From contig MHPA01000016.1 of assembly GCA_001820255.1 (NCBI GenBank), forward strand, positions 7,288-58,758: a DNA stretch of 51,471 nt, in the 5' to 3' direction. Below the pieces are notes generated by a model, which was not told the origin of the DNA, did not search any database, and saw only the letters and a program-made list of their open reading frames with translations. Made by a program: the position numbers and the translations under genes. This DNA is from Candidatus Staskawiczbacteria bacterium RIFCSPLOWO2_01_FULL_38_12b (lineage in GTDB: Bacteria > Patescibacteriota > Minisyncoccia > Minisyncoccales > Staskawiczbacteraceae). How positions within the stretch are numbered: the stretch's first letter is position 1; every line of letters begins with the position of its first letter. Positions 44,786 through 51,471 of the stretch are shown piece after piece.

Positions 44786-45532
44786 ATGGAGTACTATCGC
44801 ATCCCTCTATATATTTTATTTGGAATTTTGCCGAGTGTTGCTTGGCTTTTTTATTACCTTAAAAAAGACCTGCATCCTGAACCCAAAAGGATGATTATAA
44901 AAATTTTTTTAATGGGAAGCGTCATCACCGTGCCAGTACTGCTTATCCAAATAGGGCTTTCCTTGGCATTGCACCAGCTTCAAAATGGCGAATTTTTTAG
45001 CCAACACTTTATTATTCTGGCGATAGTAAAATGGTTTATAGTTATTGCATTCACCGAGGAGTTGTTAAAATACCTGATAGTCAAAGTCAATATTTTTGAC
45101 AATTATGCACTCGACGAGCCACTGGATATCATGCTGTATATGATGGTTGCCGCACTGGGTTTTGCCGCAGTGGAAAATATCCTTTATTTATTTTCGCCCC
45201 TGGATGTCTCTTCTTTTGATATGCTCATCAAGACCACCATCACCATAAGCTTTATCCGTTTTGTAGGAGCCACCTTACTGCATGCGCTTTGTTCGGGCCT
45301 GACAGGATACTTTATTGCCCTCTCTTTTCTTGACCCTAAAAAAAAGGTATTATTAAGCATAGGGGGATTGGGCATTGCGACATTCTTGCATGGGCTTTAT
45401 GATTTTTCCATCGCAACATTGATTTATCCAATAAACTTTTTAATCCCTAGCATGATACTTTTTGGCCTATTACTGTTTATCATTACGGCTTTTGATAAAG
45501 TAAAAAAAATGAAAAGCATTTGTAAAATCTAG
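44786..45532 (+). CDS. prsW: PrsW-family intramembrane metalloprotease
   Basis: D.HPEP, TEELLK, DEPLD, LGFAAVEN, LHA, LHGLYD; start placed at MEYY. Confidence 0.9.
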   Translation: MEYYRIPLYILFGILPSVAWLFYYLKKDLHPEPKRMIIKIFLMGSVITVPVLLIQIGLSLALHQLQNGEFFSQHFIILAIVKWFIVIAFTEELLKYLIVKVNIFDNYALDEPLDIMLYMMVAALGFAAVENILYLFSPLDVSSFDMLIKTTITISFIRFVGATLLHALCSGLTGYFIALSFLDPKKKVLLSIGGLGIATFLHGLYDFSIATLIYPINFLIPSMILFGLLLFIITAFDKVKKMKSICKI

Positions 45533-45606
45533 GGTCTAGCGCCTAGGGGCTAGGGTTCAGTGAACGATTTTTTCACTAGACGCTAGACGCTAAACCCTAG
45601 ACCCTA
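45530..45606. repeat. Inverted heptamer array (tagggtc / gacgcta)
   Basis: tagggtctagcgcctaggggctagggttcagtgaa ... ttcactagacgctagacgctaaaccctagacccta. Confidence 0.8.
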
Positions 45607-45613
45607 ATAAAAA

Positions 45614-46021
45614 ATGGCTAAAAAAATAAAATTAAGAGGAGAAATACAATCTAATACTAGCGCCGTAACGGAAGAAAACAAGGTGATATTTAACCAAGAA
45701 GGGGAGTTGGTGGTTGATGTGTTTGAAACCAATACTGATTTTGTGGTACTGGCGGCCATTGCGGGAACCAATATTAAAGATTTGGACATTTCTGTTGAAA
45801 AAGAAATGATGGTGATAAAAGGAAACCGGCCGGATCCCCATGACATTCCCGAAAAAAAATATTTTTACCAAGAGTGTTACTTCGGGCCGTTTTCAAGAAA
45901 AATCGTATTACCAGAAAATATTTATACCGAAAAAGCATCGGCAGAAATGGACAAAGGAATGCTTACGGTTACCATTCCTAAAAAAGACGTTGAAGAAAAA
46001 ATCGAAATAAAAACCTCGTAA
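45614..46021 (+). CDS. Small heat shock protein Hsp20
   Basis: VDVFET, IKGNR, ECYFGPFSRKIVLP, GMLTVTIPK. Confidence 0.93.
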   Translation: MAKKIKLRGEIQSNTSAVTEENKVIFNQEGELVVDVFETNTDFVVLAAIAGTNIKDLDISVEKEMMVIKGNRPDPHDIPEKKYFYQECYFGPFSRKIVLPENIYTEKASAEMDKGMLTVTIPKKDVEEKIEIKTS

Positions 46022-46030
46022 TTTAAATAA

Positions 46031-46072
46031 AAAAAGCCGCCCCGAACCCAATGTGGTTCTGGAGCGGCTTTT
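46031..46072. terminator. Bidirectional terminator between Hsp20 and tRNA-Leu
   Basis: aaaaagccgccccgaacc...ggttctggagcggctttt. Confidence 0.7.
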
Positions 46073-46078
46073 CAATTT

Positions 46079-46165
46079 TGGTGCGGACGGTGGGACTCGA
46101 ACCCACAAGCTCTTGCGAGCGCTAGCTCCTAAGGCTAGTGCGGTTGCCAATTTCGCCACGTCCGC
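46079..46165 (-). tRNA. tRNA-Leu(TAG)
   Basis: GCGGACG acceptor, ctagc-CTTAGGA-gctag anticodon arm, variable arm, GGTTCGAGTCC, CCA. Confidence 0.95.
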
Positions 46166-46243
46166 AGTATGCAAGTTTCCCAGAAATTTTATAGTACCAA
46201 TCTCGCACTCTTTTACGCAAAAAATAACAACTCAGTATTGTTC

Positions 46244-46681
46244 TTAATCTTCAGCACAAAAGCAACTAGAACCGCCCACGCTCGTAGAAGTGCATGTTCG
46301 CCCGGGTACACATTCTCCGCCACATGTAGGAGCAACACTCTCCCCACATGTTAGAACAGGTGTTTCCCCAATAATCTCCTCTATAATATTTACCGCGGAA
46401 AAAGCCGCTATGCCAACCGCAATTCCCACAAGCGCCCATATAAAGGCGCTTTTGCCCCTTGAAAGTTTTGCGACATCGCCGGCGGCGGTTACAAATAAAA
46501 ACCCGGCATAAATAAGCATGATCACCACTGAAGCAATAAACAACGGCCACACTATAATTTCCAACAATCTATCTATAATGCCCTTAAACCATTCGGCCGG
46601 AGTTGGCGATGCCGCCAAAGCAACCATGGGCAATAATACTAATACCATTAAAGATGCTAGTGCAATTATTTTTTTGTTCAT
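46244..46681 (-). CDS. VirB2/TrbC-like pilin with C-terminal Cys-rich domain
   Basis: Signal peptide MNKK...ALA, two TM helices with YAGFLFVTAAGD...GK..FIWALVG; six-Cys tail. Confidence 0.8.
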   Translation of the reverse strand: MNKKIIALASLMVLVLLPMVALAASPTPAEWFKGIIDRLLEIIVWPLFIASVVIMLIYAGFLFVTAAGDVAKLSRGKSAFIWALVGIAVGIAAFSAVNIIEEIIGETPVLTCGESVAPTCGGECVPGRTCTSTSVGGSSCFCAED

Positions 46682-46702
46682 TTAAGATATTACACCTTTA
46701 TT

Positions 46703-47140
46703 TTAATTACAAATACAATTTTCACTAAGGCCGACGATGCATGCTTGTCCAGCCGGACATGTTCCATCGCATGCAGGGGCAGTATCTCCGCAAACCGCGG
46801 GTGGTGGCGGTGGCGGAAAAAGAATATTGTTGACAATAAAAGGCATGGATGATGCCAGAAACGCTATAGCAAGCCCAATCGTTCCCCCTATTACCGCCTT
46901 GCCCGCTAAAGATAATTTACCTACTTCCCCATTGGCCGTTAAATATAAAAATCCGGCCCAAATAAACATTCCCATGGCAATGGCGATAAATATCGGCCAA
47001 ATAAAAGCAAAGATGCCATCAATGGCTGCCCTGATATCAAGATCGTCCCCGGGCATATCAGGATAGCTTATCGCAAAAACGGCAACGGGCAAAACCAAGA
47101 ATGTTGCCAAAGCAAATAAAACAATTATTTTTTTATTCAT
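46703..47140 (-). CDS. VirB2/TrbC-like pilin with poly-Pro linker and C-terminal Cys-rich domain
   Basis: WAGFLYLTANGE; PPPPPP then a six-Cys tail. Confidence 0.8.
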   Translation of the reverse strand: MNKKIIVLFALATFLVLPVAVFAISYPDMPGDDLDIRAAIDGIFAFIWPIFIAIAMGMFIWAGFLYLTANGEVGKLSLAGKAVIGGTIGLAIAFLASSMPFIVNNILFPPPPPPAVCGDTAPACDGTCPAGQACIVGLSENCICN

Positions 47141-47158
47141 TAATATTCAAAATTAAAG

Positions 47159-47500
47159 TTATATACCAAGAGCAAATTTAACCAAAAAAGGAATGGAAAA
47201 TGCCAATACCCCTACCGCCACCCCAACCGATCCCCATATTACCGCGCTCCTTGCCCCTCCCGCCTTGGTTACATCCCCATTGGCTAATAAAAACATAAAA
47301 CCCGCAATAACAAACATGACCACCGAAAAACCGGCAAATAACGGCCATATAAAACTAAACACTGCGTCAATAATAGTCATCACATTAACATTTGCTCCTG
47401 GCGGAAAACTGGGAATATTTATGGCAAGTACCGCAACCGGTAAAAAAAGCAAGGTTAACGCAGTAAATGTGGGGGCTATTTTTTTGTTCATTATATTCAA
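47159..47500 (-). CDS. VirB2/TrbC-like pilin
   Basis: IAGFMFLLANGD...AR.AVIWG..G. Confidence 0.8.
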   Translation of the reverse strand: MNIMNKKIAPTFTALTLLFLPVAVLAINIPSFPPGANVNVMTIIDAVFSFIWPLFAGFSVVMFVIAGFMFLLANGDVTKAGGARSAVIWGSVGVAVGVLAFSIPFLVKFALGI

Positions 47501-47550
47501 AATTTTTTAAGATGCGCTATTTAATATTCAAAAAATTTTAAAACACACAT

Positions 47551-47883
47551 TTATACATTCAACGCAAACTTAACCATAAAAGGGATGGAAAATGACAATA
47601 AACCTACTCCCACTCCAACTGAAGCCCATATCATGGCGTTTCTTGCTAATAATATTTTACCTGGCTCGCCATTTGCCGTTAAAAACATAAACGCCGCAAC
47701 AATAAACATTATCACAGAAAAACCGGCAAATAACGGCCACAAAATACTAAATATAGGGTCAAAAATATTAATAGGGGCATTTTGAATAACACCCGGTAAA
47801 GGTATTAGCGTGACCGCCAAGCTAGTTGCGGGAAACATTAACGCCATCAGTAAATAAAATAAAATAATTAATTTTTTATTCAT
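47551..47883 (-). CDS. VirB2/TrbC-like pilin
   Basis: VAAFMFLTANGEPGK...ARNAMIWA; start at MNKK 47883 because the longer ORF reads out of the element. Confidence 0.8.
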   Translation of the reverse strand: MNKKLIILFYLLMALMFPATSLAVTLIPLPGVIQNAPINIFDPIFSILWPLFAGFSVIMFIVAAFMFLTANGEPGKILLARNAMIWASVGVGVGLLSFSIPFMVKFALNV

Positions 47884-47894
47884 GTTTTTTAATT

Positions 47895-48093
47895 TACCTT
47901 GAATTACCAAATGCTTTAGCGGTATTTTTCCCGAATTCGGAGATAGAAATTTGATCTGCCTGTGCAAAAGCAGACAGGTAGAATTTTTAGGCGTAGCTAC
48001 GCATACGCATAAAAATTATAGCAAATTTATAGCCCGAATTCGGGAAAAAGACCCGAAAATTCTTTTTCATGTGGCATTTCTAAATTCAAGGTA
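47895..48093. mobile_element. Rod-shaped palindromic MITE-like element, copy 7, with a nested 24-bp hairpin
   Basis: Terminal IR taccttgaatt / aattcaaggta; ATT duplicated at 47892-47894 and 48094-48096; alignable with the reverse complement of 9919-10093. Confidence 0.88.
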
Positions 48094-48188
48094 ATTTAAA
48101 TGACCAACTGTAAACCAACTCCGTTAAAAGATGCTGCAACGGTACCCCTCGCTTTTAACGGAGTTGATGTATCTTTAAGATAAATTAC

Positions 48189-48542
48189 CTAAACTCCAAT
48201 GCCCGTGAACACGTTTCTTACAATATAAGGGATTGAGAATGAAATTAATGCTATGCCCAAACCCGCAACTGCCCATACAACAGATTGTCTCGCTGCTCCC
48301 ACTTTAGCTGGATCTCCACTAGATGTCAAAAACAAAAATGCCGCTATAATGAACATTATTACAGCAACTGCTGCCATTATCGGCCAAACCAAACCTAATA
48401 CGGCATTTAAAATATCCCAAACAGTAATACCGGGAACTACGTTTGGCTCAGGTATTGGGTTGAATGCGGCAAATGCAATAACCGGCGATGTTAATAGCGC
48501 AGTCAATACGGTTGAAGTTAATAAACTTAATTTTTTATTCAT
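48189..48542 (-). CDS. VirB2/TrbC-like pilin (probable major subunit)
   Basis: IAAFLFLTSSGDPAKVGAARQSVVWAVAG; downstream hairpin at 48117-48165. Confidence 0.82.
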   Translation of the reverse strand: MNKKLSLLTSTVLTALLTSPVIAFAAFNPIPEPNVVPGITVWDILNAVLGLVWPIMAAVAVIMFIIAAFLFLTSSGDPAKVGAARQSVVWAVAGLGIALISFSIPYIVRNVFTGIGV

Positions 48543-48553
48543 TTTGATTTTTT

Positions 48554-48658
48554 ACCCTGTTAAATACCGCAAAGCGGTAATTTCGAAATAGGGTCGCAAG
48601 AATTATCCGCTTTAGCGAACATTCTCGACCCGGTCCTGGCGAAATTATTTAACCGGGT
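48554..48658. repeat. Palindromic intergenic element with accctgttaaata / tatttaaccgggt ends
   Basis: Imperfect terminal IR enclosing nested hairpins (taccgcaaagcggta; gggtcg...cgaccc). Confidence 0.7.
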
Positions 48659-48824
48659 GAACTTTTTAATAATATAAATAGCTTTGCTATTTATGCGTTA
48701 CTATATATCGACCTTTATTTATTCAGCACCATTTTCATACTACAATCAATAATTCAAAGAATAATTATACTAAGAAAGCGGTGCTGGATTTATTAATATT
48801 ATCACACTCTTTTTATATAGGGAA

Positions 48825-49397
48825 TTAACTTGGCGGCTCTCCTATTATCACTTTTACTAAGGCAATTAATCCGTCGCCGGCCAAAGCAATAGCGGCTCCT
48901 ATTAATGCCCAAAATAATGCCTTTTTCGCTTTTTCGATTTGGTCGGCTTTGCCTGCGGCCGTTACAAAAAGAATTCCCGCCCAAACCAGCATCAATACCG
49001 CCAACGCTTTCATAATATCAAATATGTAACCGGTAATTTTTGTGATAAGCGTTGGAAAATCATTGGCACAAATAGTACTCGATCCCCCACACAAGGGATT
49101 TAATAGATTAATACCAAAACCGACAACCCCATCATCACCCCAGTCCCCACCTCCTCCACCACCATCACCATCGCCAACCCCTCCACAGGTGGAAAGCCCA
49201 GAATCCGGAACATTACAGTAACAACCTGGAGTGGATCGGCTAGGCTCAAGGTCACATTTAGTATGAGATTCAGGGTCACCAGGAAGAGGACAATCAGAAT
49301 CAGTAGCACAAAATATACCTACTTCTGAAGCCAAAATCGAACCCGCTGATCCTAAAAAAATAACTACCACTAATAATAAAAGTAAACTATATTTCAT
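48825..49397 (-). CDS. VirB2/TrbC-like pilin with N-terminal Cys/Gly-rich insert
   Basis: Signal peptide, six-Cys module, Gly-rich linker, NPLC...C, WAGILFVTAAG...EKAKKALFWALIG. Confidence 0.8.
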   Translation of the reverse strand: MKYSLLLLLVVVIFLGSAGSILASEVGIFCATDSDCPLPGDPESHTKCDLEPSRSTPGCYCNVPDSGLSTCGGVGDGDGGGGGGDWGDDGVVGFGINLLNPLCGGSSTICANDFPTLITKITGYIFDIMKALAVLMLVWAGILFVTAAGKADQIEKAKKALFWALIGAAIALAGDGLIALVKVIIGEPPS

Positions 49398-49466
49398 TAT
49401 ATTATGTTACAAACAATAATGCAAAGCGATATCCACACGGTCCAATAGAATCCAAATATTGCAAAA

Positions 49467-49982
49467 TTAAGCCGGTGGCTCTCCTATCACGCCTTTTACC
49501 ACCGCAATAAATCCCGTACCGGCCAATGCAATGGCGGCTCCTATGACCGCATAAAATAACACTTTTTTTGCTTTTTCAACTTGACCGGCTTTCCCCGCAG
49601 AAGTGACAAAAAGGATTCCCGCCCAAACAAACATCAATACCGCCAACGATCCGATAATGCTGACGATATAGGTGGTAATTTTAGTTATAAGACCGGGAAA
49701 ATCATTGACGCAATTAGCACTACCCGGTCCTTCAAAACACAAAGGATTAGGAAGGTTGGTGCCAACGTTATTAGAACAGTTAGGGAAGCCCGCACCCGGA
49801 TTCATACAGTAACAACCCGGAGGTGATCCAGGAGTGTAAGCACATTGAGTCTCAGTCAAAGCGCTGCCGGCAACAGGGCACTCGGAACTACTGGAACAGG
49901 GTCCGCCAGCTAAAACCAAACTCGCCGATCCTAAAAAAGCCACCGCCACAAATATAAATAATAAAAGTAAACTATGTTTCAT
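49467..49982 (-). CDS. VirB2/TrbC-like pilin with N-terminal Cys-rich insert
   Basis: Close paralog of 48825-49397 (PGCYC, NPLC, WAGILFVTSAG). Confidence 0.8.
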   Translation of the reverse strand: MKHSLLLLFIFVAVAFLGSASLVLAGGPCSSSSECPVAGSALTETQCAYTPGSPPGCYCMNPGAGFPNCSNNVGTNLPNPLCFEGPGSANCVNDFPGLITKITTYIVSIIGSLAVLMFVWAGILFVTSAGKAGQVEKAKKVLFYAVIGAAIALAGTGFIAVVKGVIGEPPA

Positions 49983-50122
49983 ATTTAAAACTTAGAATCT
50001 TGAATATGGTATTTTGAGGCTTGAATTGAATATAGAATTTAGAATATAAAACTTGCATTCAGTGTTCTTTTTATTCTATTCTAGCTTCAAGATACAAGAT
50101 TCTAAATTCATAACCCACCCGA

Positions 50123-50398
50123 TTACTTTTTTGGCACATTTAGCATATTTTCAATGTAGTCCATCCGCATTGGCAATTTTTCTTCATGGTAAGTGTCAAT
50201 AAAACCATTAACTTTTTCTTTCACTTCCTTTAAATCTTTTTCAACTTTATCTAACCTGTTTTCAACTTTATCAAATCTTTCATCTACTTTGTAAAATTTC
50301 CCGTCAACATGTTCTTGAGCCGTTTGAAAACTGCCGCGTATCATCTCCGCCAATTCATTAATAGTAGTTATTTTTTTATTATCTTTTCTTGGGTCCAT
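50123..50398 (-). CDS. Small coiled-coil hypothetical protein
   Basis: TINELAEMIRGSF plus heptad repeats (FDKVENRLDKVE); same family as 31551-31838. Confidence 0.7.
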   Translation of the reverse strand: MDPRKDNKKITTINELAEMIRGSFQTAQEHVDGKFYKVDERFDKVENRLDKVEKDLKEVKEKVNGFIDTYHEEKLPMRMDYIENMLNVPKK

Positions 50399-50465
50399 AG
50401 TTTCTAAATTTTTATTGATAATTTTTTGGATTAGTTCGTATTATTCGCAACAATGGTATCCTAGA

Positions 50466-50987
50466 TTACTTGACAAAAAGCAACGCGTAATGAGAGTCTG
50501 CTACTGTAAATTCTTTTTTTAGTGAAAATCCCAAGGGCGCAATGATTTTTTTTAATTGATCAGGGCTTATGGCGCCTTCTTTCGGGCCAAATGGCGCATG
50601 TTCAAACCAATCTATCACCAACAATTCTCCCCCTGACTTCAATATTCTTTTTGCTTCCTCCAGTATAGCATACTTATTTTCCACTTGAAATAAAACGCTG
50701 GGGATAAGCACCAAGTTTAAAGAATCATCCGGCAATCCAGAGGCGCTGGGCAATTCTAAATCGCAAAGCACCATTGACACATTGGTAGCATGTTTTAACC
50801 GCAACTTGGTTTTTAGTGCCGATAATTTTTCCTCCTGAATATCAAAGGCATACACCCTGCCATGGTTTAATATTTTTGCCAGAGCTATGGTAAAATCAGC
50901 CGATCCACAGCCAAACTCAGCAGCCACCATATCTTTTTTCAGGTTCAGATACTGCAATACTTCGTCTACTTTTAAAAAATCAGTCAT
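50466..50987 (-). CDS. Class I SAM-dependent methyltransferase
   Basis: AEFGCGSADF, VYAFDI, RILKSGGELLVIDW, PFGP. Confidence 0.88.
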   Translation of the reverse strand: MTDFLKVDEVLQYLNLKKDMVAAEFGCGSADFTIALAKILNHGRVYAFDIQEEKLSALKTKLRLKHATNVSMVLCDLELPSASGLPDDSLNLVLIPSVLFQVENKYAILEEAKRILKSGGELLVIDWFEHAPFGPKEGAISPDQLKKIIAPLGFSLKKEFTVADSHYALLFVK

Positions 50988-51064
50988 ATCGCAAAATTTC
51001 TATATATTGACCAGGCGCCACACCCGCACGGCGCCTGGTCGTAACGATGTTTTAAAGTAAAATA

Positions 51065-51471
51065 TTAACTAGCAGGCGGACCATTGACCGTAAAGTCAGA
51101 TGCACTAGAGGTAGAAATATTTTTACTTGGCGACTCAATCTTAACTCGTAAACTTACCGGGTAACTGGTGGAAGGTAGGTTGTATTTTGTAATACTCCAA
51201 TCATAATACCCCTGGGTTGCCAAAACGGAACTGGTAATTGTTTTTATATTTAAATATGGGTTAGATGGCATATAGGTTGTTATAGTAACCCTGTCAGTAG
51301 AGGCAAATCCAATGGTTGTCCAAGTGATACGGGGAATATCTCCCACTTGCATGGTTTCCCCGCCATTTGGATATACTATTGAAATACTTGCCGATCCCTG
51401 ATTTGTACCAGAGTTGACCGTAATATCAGAAGCGCTAGAGGTAGAAATATTTTTACCGCTTACATCTATTT
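51065..51471 (-). CDS. C-terminal part of a Ser/Thr-rich surface protein with repeated PNGGE Ig-like domains (starts outside window)
   Basis: Frame open to the window end; SIVYPNGGETMQVGD...ITW...GYYDW; KNISTSSASD(I/F)TVN occurs twice. Confidence 0.72.
   Translation of the reverse strand, partial: IDVSGKNISTSSASDITVNSGTNQGSASISIVYPNGGETMQVGDIPRITWTTIGFASTDRVTITTYMPSNPYLNIKTITSSVLATQGYYDWSITKYNLPSTSYPVSLRVKIESPSKNISTSSASDFTVNGPPAS

Noticed and set aside
50109..50119. cataacccacc shared with 31852-31862 downstream of both coiled-coil genes
   Set aside because: Only 11 bp, in opposite orientation relative to the genes, and the 31852 copy is explained by the nrdA duplicate; likely chance.

Overview
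This is an AT-rich chromosomal window whose gene content and style suggest a Patescibacteria (CPR, Parcubacteria-like) bacterium; that assignment is an inference. It contains the 5' end of rodA, ligA, and a type IV pilus/competence locus (minor pilins, pilD, two pilins, pilC, pilT, a receiver protein, pilB, pilO/N/M, comF). It also carries a six-gene energy-converting-hydrogenase-related (Ehr, Hyf-like) operon, five tRNAs, a pilin-leader Hint-domain protein, a PAS histidine kinase, nrdA with a class Ic-type nrdB, recG, glycosyltransferases, tsaD, valS, prsW, Hsp20 and a tandem array of seven VirB2/TrbC-like pilins. The most striking signals are: (1) seven full copies plus one remnant of a 157-202 bp rod-shaped palindromic insertion element with short A/T target duplications, whose internal loops recur while stems and termini covary, inserted at stop codons and inside genes; (2) a four-helix-bundle gene in the loop of an inverted heptamer-repeat array that also occurs elsewhere as a closely similar empty site; (3) an Ehr small subunit with three of the four FeS-ligating Cys replaced by Asp, partnered with a large subunit lacking NiFe motifs; (4) a Tyr-less, Mn/Fe-type R2; (5) several in-frame palindromic insertions in housekeeping proteins. 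No CRISPR array, rRNA, reverse transcriptase or transposase gene was seen.
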